Source: Pseudomonadota bacterium (GTDB lineage: Bacteria > Pseudomonadota > Gammaproteobacteria > Pseudomonadales > JAHEIH01). Taken from it: a DNA stretch of 50,127 nucleotides. Location of the stretch: the NCBI GenBank assembly GCA_041163785.1, contig JBEAQQ010000121.1:1-50127 (forward strand), in the 5' to 3' direction. The position numbers and the translations under genes were made by a program. Positions 29,604-39,334 of the stretch are shown in pieces (within the stretch, counting starts at the first letter, position 1; each line of letters opens with the position of its first letter). The notes beneath the pieces are model-generated. The model was not told where the DNA came from. It saw only the letters and a program-made list of their open reading frames with translations, and did not search any database.

Positions 29604-29639
29604 TTATTATTCTGTTACAACAATGTAACGGAATAATAA
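29604..29639. promoter_or_regulatory. AT-rich 16-4-16 inverted repeat (candidate operator) abutting the start codon of the 74-aa ORF
   Basis: TTATTATTCTGTTACA-acaa-TGTAACGGAATAATAA, with 15 of 16 arm positions complementary. It ends at the A of the ATG at 29639. Confidence 0.35.
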
Positions 29640-29863
29640 TGATGCCAGGCCGTGAATTTTATCTCCAGGATGGAGGTTTAAGGGCGCGTACTACCGCCAA
29701 GGATGAATTTTCTAAGCAGTCGCTCAAGTTGCAATTGATGCAGGAATTAGATGCACTTCAACAGCGATTAGAAGATGAAAAAGGCGCGTCTGATATCAGC
29801 TTGCAGCAGAGCTACAGGGCCATGATACAGGCGCGCCTGGCGATGTTGAAAGAGTTGCCTTAA
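29639..29863 (+). CDS. Hypothetical 74-aa protein (predicted helical/coiled), orphan
   Basis: It is the only ORF covering this 280-nt gap. The RBS is weak and I recognise no family. Its stop overlaps the convergent ORF by 4 nt. Confidence 0.4.
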   Translation: MMPGREFYLQDGGLRARTTAKDEFSKQSLKLQLMQELDALQQRLEDEKGASDISLQQSYRAMIQARLAMLKELP

Positions 29864-30063
29864 ACCGCGCGAATGAAATATTCGGGGCTGTGGCAGCGGC
29901 CTTGTGCGTCAATACTGGCGGCTTTCATCATGGCAACAGGCATATTGCGTTGGTCGTAGATAACCGTGGCATCGCCCTGCGCGCGAACATCGCCAATAGC
30001 AAAGCGGCGATTGGCCATACGGAATTTGCTGTAATCAACTTGGGTAAAGGCAATCTCAGTCAT
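29860..30063 (-). CDS. Hypothetical 67-aa soluble protein behind a LexA-boxed promoter (putative SOS-regulon member)
   Basis: GGAGA-N6-ATG at 30063. The upstream GTG at 30081 given in the ORF track lies at the edge of LexA box 1 and is less likely. The translation is MTEIAFTQVDYSKFRMANRRFAIGDVRAQGD..., and I recognise no family. Confidence 0.6.
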   Translation of the reverse strand: MTEIAFTQVDYSKFRMANRRFAIGDVRAQGDATVIYDQRNMPVAMMKAASIDAQGRCHSPEYFIRAV

Positions 30064-30080
30064 GGTATGTCTCCGAAACA

Positions 30081-30096
30081 CTGTATATGCGCACAG
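30081..30096. promoter_or_regulatory. LexA (SOS) box 1
   Basis: caCTGTATATGCGCACAGta matches the gammaproteobacterial consensus taCTGT(AT)4ACAGta. It overlaps the -10 of the minus-strand promoter. Confidence 0.75.
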
Positions 30097-30122
30097 TATA
30101 TTTTGGAAAAATGAGAATGCAA
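30095..30122 (-). promoter_or_regulatory. Sigma-70 promoter of the 67-aa ORF
   Basis: On the minus strand: -35 TTGCAT (30122-30117), a 16-nt spacer, then -10 TATACT (30100-30095). It is flanked and overlapped by the two LexA boxes. Confidence 0.55.
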
Positions 30123-30129
30123 GAAAAAA

Positions 30130-30145
30130 CTGTGTATTTGTACAG
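30130..30145. promoter_or_regulatory. LexA (SOS) box 2
   Basis: aaCTGTGTATTTGTACAGtg follows CTGT-N8-ACAG with an AT-rich core. It lies just upstream of the -35. Confidence 0.7.
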
Positions 30146-30165
30146 TGTTTTCCATTTTGGCGTAT

Positions 30166-30194
30166 TTGACCGTCGTTTCACCGCTGCCTATATT
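30166..30194 (+). promoter_or_regulatory. Candidate sigma-70 promoter for glgC-pgm-glgA
   Basis: -35 TTGACC, a 17-nt spacer, then -10 TATATT. This implies a leader of about 175 nt. Confidence 0.4.
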
Positions 30195-30376
30195 GGTATC
30201 GGTAAAAGAGCGTGTATGCTCACAGAAAGGTGTGATCGGCTAATTGGGTAATGCCGTTCATGTAAGTGTCATACCTCTTGGCGATAATATTGGCACAGCG
30301 CCATTTTGTTAAAGGTATTCACACCCCACGAGCTAGGCGCTGACACCTAGTTCAAGATAATTCACGGAGCGATTTC

Positions 30377-31645
30377 ATGGTTCAGGAACCACAACGTCAC
30401 ATCAGCCGCCTCACCAAGGATACTATGGCCCTCGTCTTGGCCGGTGGTCGAGGCTCGCGACTCTTTGAACTGACCGATTGGCGCGCCAAGCCCGCCCTGT
30501 ATTTTGGGGGCAAGTACCGCATCATCGACTTCCCGTTATCCAACTGTATTAACTCGGGTATCCGCCGGGTGGGCGTGTTGACCCAGTACAAGTCGCACTC
30601 GCTGGTGCGTCATTTACAGCGCGGTTGGTCACACTTTAAGCGCGAGCTGGGTGAGGGTGTTGAGGTGCTACCGGCGTCGCAGCGCTATTCTGACAGTTGG
30701 TACCAAGGTACCGCCGATGCAATTTACCAGAACCTTGATATCATCCGCGCGGAGAAACCCAAGTACGTGATCGTGCTGTCCGGCGACCATATTTACAAGA
30801 TGGACTACGGTGTGATGTTGGCGGACCACGTTGAGAAAGGCGCGCGCATGACAGTGTCGTGCCTAGAAGTGCCCGTACAGGAAGCGGCTAAGGCCTACGG
30901 TGTGATGGGGGTCGACGATCAAAATCGCGTCATTAATTTTATTGAAAAACCCGAGCACCCCGACCCCATTCCCGGCAATCCTGACTTGTGCTTGGCATCG
31001 ATGGGTAACTATATTTTCGATACTGACTTTTTGTTTGAGTGTTTGATTGGCGACGCCCGTGATCCCAAGTCGAGCCACGACTTCGGCCACGACATTATCC
31101 CGCGAATTATCGCAGAGCACCACGTCAATGCCTTCGCGTTCCGCGACCAACAAACCGGTGGACGCGCCTATTGGCGCGATGTGGGTACGCTGGATTCGTT
31201 CTGGATGGCGAATATGGAGTTGATCACGACGGTGCCGCCACTCAATATTTACGACCGCGATTGGCCGCTGTGGACGTATCAAGAGCAGTTGCCACCGTGT
31301 AAATTTGTGTTTGAAGAGCACGATAGAAAAGGTATGGCACTGGAGTCAATGGTCTCTGGAGGGTGTATAATATCGGGCGCTGAAATTCGCAAGTCGGTGC
31401 TGTTCAGCAATGTCGTTATTCGTTCTTACACCTACGTTGATGAGTCTGTGATTTTGCCAGATGTCACCATTGGCAAGCACTGTAAAATTAAAAAAGCGAT
31501 CATCGATCGCGGTTGCCAGGTACCCGACGGTATGCAGATCGGGGTCGATCACGATCAAGATCGCGCCAATGGCTTCCGTGTCACCTCAAATGGCGTGGTG
31601 CTAGTCACACGCGGAATGTTAGGTCAGGAAGAAGGCTTCGCCTAA
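30377..31645 (+). CDS. glgC: Glucose-1-phosphate adenylyltransferase
   Basis: The N-terminus is [41 protein letters not shown], with a left-handed beta-helix C-terminus. GGAG RBS. 422 aa. Confidence 0.92.
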   Translation: MVQEPQRHISRLTKDTMALVLAGGRGSRLFELTDWRAKPALYFGGKYRIIDFPLSNCINSGIRRVGVLTQYKSHSLVRHLQRGWSHFKRELGEGVEVLPASQRYSDSWYQGTADAIYQNLDIIRAEKPKYVIVLSGDHIYKMDYGVMLADHVEKGARMTVSCLEVPVQEAAKAYGVMGVDDQNRVINFIEKPEHPDPIPGNPDLCLASMGNYIFDTDFLFECLIGDARDPKSSHDFGHDIIPRIIAEHHVNAFAFRDQQTGGRAYWRDVGTLDSFWMANMELITTVPPLNIYDRDWPLWTYQEQLPPCKFVFEEHDRKGMALESMVSGGCIISGAEIRKSVLFSNVVIRSYTYVDESVILPDVTIGKHCKIKKAIIDRGCQVPDGMQIGVDHDQDRANGFRVTSNGVVLVTRGMLGQEEGFA

Positions 31646-31662
31646 CACTGGAGTTTATGTAA

Positions 31663-33297
<1,635 letters not shown>

Positions 33298-33306
33298 GAG
33301 TTCCGG

Positions 33307-34866
33307 TTGAACATATTGATGCTCGCCTCCGAAAATGACGCCCTGCCCAAGGGTAAGGTAGGAGGCATTGGTGATGTGATCCGCGACTTGCCCAGAGCCT
33401 TGGCGGCCAGCGGGCAGCGGGTCACGGTTATGACACCGGGCTATCAATGGTTTTCCACCCTGCCAGGTGCTGAGCACTTGGGTGATTTTGAGGTGGCGTT
33501 CTCTGGTTTTGATAACGAGGTATCGTTGTTTAGGGTGCCCGCCATGGATCCCACCGAAGGTGTCGATTATCTTGTCGTTGAACACCCGTTCTTTGGCTCT
33601 GCCGGGGTGGGTAAAATTTATTGTAACGATCCGCCAGATCGCCCCTTTGCCAGCGACGGCATCAAATTTGCGCTGTTTTCCATAGCGGTGGCGGAGGCCT
33701 GTATACAGGGGCTGCTGGGCGATTTCGATGTGGTCCATCTGCACGATTGGCACGCGGCGACGTTTGCTACCTTGCGCGCGCTGCATCCGCGTTACTGCGC
33801 GTTACAACACCGACCTTGCGTATTCACCATCCACAACCTCGCGCTGCAGGGTATTCGACCACTGCACGGCGATAATTCGTCGCTGCAGGTGTGGTTCGAC
33901 GGCTTAGTACCGGAGGATGACGCCATCGTCGACCCTCGTTATCCCGATTGCTACAACCCGATGCGCGCGGCGATAAATTTGTGTGACCGGGTGCACGTGG
34001 TGTCGCCGAGTTATGCGCAAGAGGTGCTATTGCCAAGCGATCACGATGCGGGCTTCTTTGGTGGAGAAGGCCTTGAGGCTGACCTGCACGCCGCGCAGCA
34101 ACAGCAGCGTTTGGTAGGGATTCTCAATGGTGTCGACTACAGTGGTCAGCAGCGGCCGGCCATCGATCGCGATGAACTTTTCCAGCTGCTGATCCACCAA
34201 ATGCGCGAATGTGCCGCCGAGGATGCCTTGCTGCAAAGCCCGCTTAGTTTGGCGGCGAACCGCTTGCAAGAGCTGCAGCGTCACGGTGACCACCGCAAGG
34301 TGTTATTGACCTCGGTGGGGCGTGTCTCTGATCAGAAGATGTTGCTGCTTCGACAGCGCCTGGATGACGGCCGCTTTGCCCTCGACGCCTTGTTGGAAAC
34401 CTTAGGGTCAAAAGGTTGTTTCGTGATGGTGGGTAACGGCGACCTCATGCTGGAACAGTTCCTCTATGCGGCCAGTAAACGCCACCCCAACTTTGTATTT
34501 TTGCAGGGATTCTTTGCTGAACTGGGTCAGCGCCTCTATGAGAATGGCGATTTGTTTGTGATGCCCAGCTCGTTCGAGCCCTGTGGTATCAGTCAGATGG
34601 TGGCCATGCGCCACGGTCAACCCTGCCTGGTACATGCCGTGGGGGGGTTGAAGGATACCGTGCAAGACGGACTGAGTGGTTTTGTCTTTGAGGGGAAAGA
34701 TTTAGCCGAGCAGGCCGAGGCGATGATAGCGACACTGGCGCGTGCGCTTGAGGTATTAACCGAACAGCCTGCAACGGTAAAGGCGATGCGCCGCTCGGCA
34801 GCGTCGCAAAGGTTCACTTGGCAGGCGGTGGTCCCCGCCTACCTCGCACAGCTCTATCAAGCTTAG
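33307..34866 (+). CDS. glgA: Glycogen/starch synthase (GT5, ADP-glucose type)
   Basis: A TTG start lies 6 nt after an AGGAG RBS. The N-terminus is NILMLASENDALPKGKVGGIGDV (K-x-GG motif), and the C-terminal GT-B fold includes PSSFEPCGISQM. Confidence 0.85.
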   Translation: MNILMLASENDALPKGKVGGIGDVIRDLPRALAASGQRVTVMTPGYQWFSTLPGAEHLGDFEVAFSGFDNEVSLFRVPAMDPTEGVDYLVVEHPFFGSAGVGKIYCNDPPDRPFASDGIKFALFSIAVAEACIQGLLGDFDVVHLHDWHAATFATLRALHPRYCALQHRPCVFTIHNLALQGIRPLHGDNSSLQVWFDGLVPEDDAIVDPRYPDCYNPMRAAINLCDRVHVVSPSYAQEVLLPSDHDAGFFGGEGLEADLHAAQQQQRLVGILNGVDYSGQQRPAIDRDELFQLLIHQMRECAAEDALLQSPLSLAANRLQELQRHGDHRKVLLTSVGRVSDQKMLLLRQRLDDGRFALDALLETLGSKGCFVMVGNGDLMLEQFLYAASKRHPNFVFLQGFFAELGQRLYENGDLFVMPSSFEPCGISQMVAMRHGQPCLVHAVGGLKDTVQDGLSGFVFEGKDLAEQAEAMIATLARALEVLTEQPATVKAMRRSAASQRFTWQAVVPAYLAQLYQA

Positions 34867-35819
34867 AACTGATTCGCTTGCTGCAGTGCGGCGTTGAACT
34901 CATCGCCCATACGAGCGATCAGATCGGAGGTGGTGGGGACGTCGTCGATGGCACCCACGCCTTGACCCGCCGACCAGATTTCCTTCCAGGCGCCTTTCTG
35001 TTTGGTGCCTTCGCTTTCTTTTAGACCCAGCTCTTCTTTCATGTCAATTTCTGTTTTGGGCGCCAAATTGTCGGGGTCGAAGCCGGCGTTGCGAATACTT
35101 TCGCGGAGGAAGTTGGCGTACACACCTGAGATATTAGGGGTATAGATGATGTCCGCAGCGGCCGAATCGAGAATCATCGCTTTGTAGTCGTCTTGTGCGC
35201 TGGCTTCTTTGGTGGCGATGAAGCGTGTACCCGCGTAGGCTAAATCGGCGCCCATGGCTCGCGCTGCGGCAATGTGACCGCCGTTCGAGATACAACCTGC
35301 CAACAACAGACAGCCGTCATAGAACTTGCGGATTTCAGCGGTCAGCGCCAAGGGATTCAATGTGCCGCCGTGACCACCGGCGCCTGCACAGACGGCGATG
35401 ATGCCGTCAACGCCCTCGCGCGCTGCTTTTTGCGCGTGGCGAATGTTGATGATGTCGTGGAACACCAAGCCGCCATAGCTATGCACAGCGTCGATCACGC
35501 GCTTGTCGATACCCAGCGAGGTGATGACAATGGGGACTTTGTATTTTACGCACAACTCGAGGTCGGGCATGACGCGCGAGTTGCTGTGGTGAACGATGAT
35601 GTTCACGCCGTAGGGCGCATCGTTCGGTCCTAGTTCAGCATTAATGTGTTGCAGCCATTCCTCAAACCCTTCGCTGGTACGCTGGTTAAGCGCGGGAAAA
35701 GTCCCAAGGGCGCCAGACTTACAGGTGGCAATAACCAGCTCTGGGCCCGAAGCCAAGAACATGGGTGAAACTACCAGGGGAAGCTTTAAGCGATTTTTTA
35801 AGGTATCTGGAAGAGCCAT
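34863..35819 (-). CDS. NAD(P)H-dependent flavin oxidoreductase (nitronate monooxygenase / FabK-like TIM-barrel family)
   Basis: Family-typical segments are VSPMFLASGPEL, the GG-rich FMN site CAGAGGHGGT, and GADLAYAGTRF. Confidence 0.8.
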   Translation of the reverse strand: MALPDTLKNRLKLPLVVSPMFLASGPELVIATCKSGALGTFPALNQRTSEGFEEWLQHINAELGPNDAPYGVNIIVHHSNSRVMPDLELCVKYKVPIVITSLGIDKRVIDAVHSYGGLVFHDIINIRHAQKAAREGVDGIIAVCAGAGGHGGTLNPLALTAEIRKFYDGCLLLAGCISNGGHIAAARAMGADLAYAGTRFIATKEASAQDDYKAMILDSAAADIIYTPNISGVYANFLRESIRNAGFDPDNLAPKTEIDMKEELGLKESEGTKQKGAWKEIWSAGQGVGAIDDVPTTSDLIARMGDEFNAALQQANQF

Positions 35820-35913
35820 AGTGTCCTCGTTATCAGCGAATTAGATGAATATACTCACCATGTTAAGGGAAACGGCGCATACCTTAGGAGTCTATTTGCG
35901 CTATAGCGCGCCA

Positions 35914-37326
35914 CTAGGATGCGAGTGACTTAAATGCACCTAGTGCCCGTTCGCGCGATGCCTTCACTTCCACAATGGGGAGGGGGTAGTCGACCCCAAG
36001 CTCTACGCCGGCCGCCTTTAGCAACATTGGCGGAGCTTCCCAGGGTTGGTAGAGGTATTTCTTTGGCACATCCTTCAGTTCGGGCACCCAGCGGCGAGTG
36101 TAATCGCCCTCTGGATCGAATTTTTCCCCTTGTGTGATGGGATTAAAGATGCGGAAGTAGGGGGCGGCATCCGCCCCGCATCCAGCGACCCACTGCCAAC
36201 TGGCACTGTTGCTGGCGAGGTCAGCGTCAAATAGCGTATCCCAGAACCAGGCTTCACCGTGGTGCCAATGCAGCAGAAGATTCTTCACTAAGAACGATCC
36301 CACAATCATGCGCACGCGGTTGTGCATGTAGCCGGTATGCCACAGTTCGCGCATGCCGGCATCGACAATGGGGTAGCCGGTCATGCCACGCTGCCACGCT
36401 TTCAGTGCGGAGGTGTCGTCACCCCACGGGAAGGCATCGAACTTCGACGACATGTTCCTTCTGGGCATTTGCGGAAAGTGGTATAGCAGGCTGTAGGAAA
36501 ACTCGCGCCAGCCAAGTTCTGATTTAAACGTGTAGACATTGTCGTCGTCGCCCATCAGCGTAGCTGCGTGCCACACGGTGCGGGGGGATATCTCCCCGAA
36601 ATGCATGTAGGGGGCAAGGCGCGAGGTGAAGGTTTTGGCAGGTAAATTGCGGCCTTCTTTGTAGTCGTTAATACCTGCTTCGGCGAATGCTTTAAGCCGC
36701 TCAAGCGCACCCTCTTCACCGATTCGCCAGTGTTGTAGCATGGGTTCATCCCAGCGGATCGAGGGCTGCAAAGCGAGGGCCTCGATATTGGCCAGTGCGC
36801 CAAAAGCGCCCTCGGCAAAGTTGATCTCGCTGGGGGCCGGTTTACACGGAGCGGGTTCCGCGGCCTTCAAACAGCCGTTTTTAAAGAAGGGTGTGAAGAC
36901 CTTGTAGGGCGTGCCGTCGCCTTTGAGAACCTGCCAGGGTTCCCAAAGCAGGCTGCCGTTACACGAGATGACTTCCACGCCGGCGGCTTTGAGGGCGGTT
37001 TTAATCTGACCATCGCGCTCAATGCGCCACGCCTCATAGCAGCGGTTCCAGCACACACTGGAAATATCGTGGTCGCGGCATAGTTGGGTCAAAACATCTA
37101 GCGCATTGCCCTGATAAACGCGAAGCTGGCCTTGCAGGCTTTGGTTGAGCGATTGCAGTGAGTGGTGCAGCCACAAGCGACTGGCGCCACCCATAGCGTG
37201 CTCGCCGGCACTCTCGTCATCGAGAATGTAAATGGGTAACAGGTCGCCGCGAGCAACGGCTTGGCAAAGCGCGGGGTTGTCAGCCAAGCGCAAATCTTGG
37301 CGGAACCAATGAATAGCAATCGTCAT
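35914..37326 (-). CDS. phrB: Deoxyribodipyrimidine photolyase (class I CPD photolyase)
   Basis: The N-terminus is IHWFRQDLRLADNPAL. FAD-binding domain motifs are TSRLAPYMHFGEISPR, GWREF, TGYPIVDAGMRELW.TGYMHNRVRM and WQWVAG. Confidence 0.9.
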   Translation of the reverse strand: MTIAIHWFRQDLRLADNPALCQAVARGDLLPIYILDDESAGEHAMGGASRLWLHHSLQSLNQSLQGQLRVYQGNALDVLTQLCRDHDISSVCWNRCYEAWRIERDGQIKTALKAAGVEVISCNGSLLWEPWQVLKGDGTPYKVFTPFFKNGCLKAAEPAPCKPAPSEINFAEGAFGALANIEALALQPSIRWDEPMLQHWRIGEEGALERLKAFAEAGINDYKEGRNLPAKTFTSRLAPYMHFGEISPRTVWHAATLMGDDDNVYTFKSELGWREFSYSLLYHFPQMPRRNMSSKFDAFPWGDDTSALKAWQRGMTGYPIVDAGMRELWHTGYMHNRVRMIVGSFLVKNLLLHWHHGEAWFWDTLFDADLASNSASWQWVAGCGADAAPYFRIFNPITQGEKFDPEGDYTRRWVPELKDVPKKYLYQPWEAPPMLLKAAGVELGVDYPLPIVEVKASRERALGAFKSLAS

Positions 37327-38324
37327 ACAGTCTTCGTCGTGTTGAGTTCAGATAGGTGGTCGACTAGGGCGGCGCTGCTGGTGAGCGCGGCGATAACGCC
37401 GCCGCCATTTAGCCAGTCGGCACAAACGCCTAGTTGGCGCTCACTATCCCAAAGGCATTTGTCATTGCTGAGTTGGTAGTGGCTGCGACCGAATAGCCAG
37501 CGGTGCGTATTGAGTCGCGTAGCGAGGTCGCTAGGGATGTCCAACATGGCGCAAAAGGCATCGCAAAGCAGGTCGCCGACATGCTCTTTGTCGAGGTTTA
37601 AATGTTTGTCAGTCCAAGAGGGGCTCGCCTGCACTACCCAAAGAGACTGCTGGTGATGGCGGCCCGGTTTGGAGCTGTCGAGCACGGCGTGCTCGATGAC
37701 CGGGTGGTGGTGATAGGCGTTTTGCGGTGGTTTTACATCGTCGGGTAACGCCACAACAATGGTCCACTGGGCTTCAATCGTTTGATCTGCCTCGTCAAAC
37801 AGCGGCAACCAGTGAGCCGGCCAGGCGTGACTCATTTCACTGGCCTGGGCGGGGGGGGACGTCACGATAAGAGCATGGCTGCGGTAGATGTCGCCACTCA
37901 AGCACTCCACCAACCATTGGTCGTGCTCGCTGCGCTCGAAACGGTGGACGCGCTGCTCGGTATGCAGAGTGATTCCATACAGTAGGTCCTTGTGCAGGGC
38001 GTTCATGTTGGGCGCTCCAACGGCGTGGACTTCGTTGCCATCGCTGTAGTTGGCGTGCCAGTCCACGAGGAGGCCACGCGCCCGCCAGTCTTGAATTTGC
38101 TGAGCAACGCGAGGCGATTGGTTGGCTTCGAGCAGTTGCTGTTGATTCAAGCTTATACAGCCGATGTCGACGCTGCCACTATCGACTTGGCGGCGGGCAC
38201 AACGGCCACCGGCGCCGCGGCTTTTCTCAAGCACCGCGACAGAATAACCCAGTGTCTGTAGTTGTTTGGCAGCGAAGCTACCGGCGCTACCCGCACCAAT
38301 GACGATCACATCGACGTCTTGCAT
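37323..38324 (-). CDS. NAD/FAD-dependent oxidoreductase (COG3380/renalase-like), co-operonic with phrB
   Basis: It has the dinucleotide fold DVIVIGAGSAGSFAAKQL. I chose the ATG at 38324 (RBS CAGGAGA), since the 40-codon upstream extension would run into the divergent gene. Its stop overlaps the phrB start by 4 nt. Confidence 0.75.
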   Translation of the reverse strand: MQDVDVIVIGAGSAGSFAAKQLQTLGYSVAVLEKSRGAGGRCARRQVDSGSVDIGCISLNQQQLLEANQSPRVAQQIQDWRARGLLVDWHANYSDGNEVHAVGAPNMNALHKDLLYGITLHTEQRVHRFERSEHDQWLVECLSGDIYRSHALIVTSPPAQASEMSHAWPAHWLPLFDEADQTIEAQWTIVVALPDDVKPPQNAYHHHPVIEHAVLDSSKPGRHHQQSLWVVQASPSWTDKHLNLDKEHVGDLLCDAFCAMLDIPSDLATRLNTHRWLFGRSHYQLSNDKCLWDSERQLGVCADWLNGGGVIAALTSSAALVDHLSELNTTKTV

Positions 38325-38361
38325 TGTTTCTCCTGACAAGCCCGAGGCACATGACCGGGCA

Positions 38362-38414
38362 TTTTTTATACGCGTGGTAAGAAGTCTTAGACCCAACTTA
38401 CAACGTATAAAAAA
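38362..38414. promoter_or_regulatory. 53-bp nested palindrome in the divergent promoter region between the phrB operon and the epimerase/blc operon
   Basis: The outer arms are perfect 11-mers, TTTTTTATACG and CGTATAAAAAA. The inner arms are GTAAG/CTTAC and GTCT/AGAC, and the structure is centred at about 38388. Confidence 0.4.
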
Positions 38415-38443
38415 GATATGCAAAAGCAGGTGCGAACAGGGCA

Positions 38444-39334
38444 ATGAAAATACTGATCAGTGGCGGTACGGGATTTATCGGTCGCCACTTTATGGCGCGT
38501 TATCCCGACTACGAATACACGGTATTGACCCGCGATCCTGCGCGAGCACAGGGTCAACTGGGTGATCGCCACGTCTATGTGACGTCACTAGATGAAGTGG
38601 CACGCGACGCGGCCTTCGATGCGATTATTAACTTGGCCGGCGAACCGATCGTTGGACGGCGCTGGAACGACAGCCAAAAGCAGCGCTTGAACCACAGTCG
38701 CTGGCATATCACCCAGGCAATCGTCGATTGGATCGCCGTGGCGGATAAGAAACCTGCGGTGTTTTTAAGCGGGTCCGCGATTGGTATCTACGGTGTCTCC
38801 CAATCGTTGACGTTCGATGAGTCGAATACGGCAATGCTCGAGGATTTTTCTACCCAATTGTGCCAGCGCTGGGAGCGCGAGGCCACATTAGCGGTGAGTA
38901 AAACCCGTGTGGTGCTGTTGCGCACGGGTATTGTACTCGCCGCCGATGGTGGTGCGCTGGCGCAGATGCTGCCGCCCTTCAAGTTGGGCTTTGGTGGCCC
39001 GGTAGGAAGTGGCCAGCAGTGGATGTCTTGGATACATATGCAGGACTATCTGGCGGCGCTGCACCACCTACTGGTGTCGTCAGAATGCATCGGGGCCTAC
39101 AATCTCACCGCGCCCGAACCTGTGACAAACGAGCGTTTCGTGAAGGCCCTGGCGGAAGCACTGCACCGGCCTTGTTTTGTGCGCGTACCAGCATTTGCGA
39201 TGAAACTCTTGCTAGGCGAGGCATCAACCCTGCTGCTGGAGGGCCAACGCGTGATTCCCAAACGTTTACTAAATGCCGGTTTCACATTTAATTTTCCTCA
39301 TATCGAGGATGCCATGCTGGATATACTGACATGA
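38444..39334 (+). CDS. TIGR01777-family epimerase-like protein (SDR39U1/YfcH-like, with C-terminal DUF1731)
   Basis: The N-terminus is MKILISGGTGFIGRH, and the ~296-aa size is typical of the family. Confidence 0.8.
   Translation: MKILISGGTGFIGRHFMARYPDYEYTVLTRDPARAQGQLGDRHVYVTSLDEVARDAAFDAIINLAGEPIVGRRWNDSQKQRLNHSRWHITQAIVDWIAVADKKPAVFLSGSAIGIYGVSQSLTFDESNTAMLEDFSTQLCQRWEREATLAVSKTRVVLLRTGIVLAADGGALAQMLPPFKLGFGGPVGSGQQWMSWIHMQDYLAALHHLLVSSECIGAYNLTAPEPVTNERFVKALAEALHRPCFVRVPAFAMKLLLGEASTLLLEGQRVIPKRLLNAGFTFNFPHIEDAMLDILT

Noticed and set aside
29604-29639. AT-rich palindrome interpreted as the lpxL terminator
   Set aside because: The stem is almost entirely A-T, and no U-tract follows it on the plus strand. 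Its position flush against a start codon fits an operator or translational element better.
30081-30145. LexA boxes as regulators of glgC
   Set aside because: Both boxes lie upstream of the predicted glgC -35 (30166) and more than 230 nt from the glgC ATG. They overlap and flank the minus-strand promoter instead.
35899-35910. GCGCTATAGCGC palindrome after phrB as a terminator
   Set aside because: It has only a 4-bp stem and no U-tract, which is too weak to call.
38325-38444. 40-codon N-terminal extension of the FAD oxidoreductase (ORF track start 38444)
   Set aside because: The dinucleotide-binding fold starts right after the ATG at 38324 with a CAGGAGA RBS. The extension is hydrophobic junk that would consume the whole divergent promoter region.
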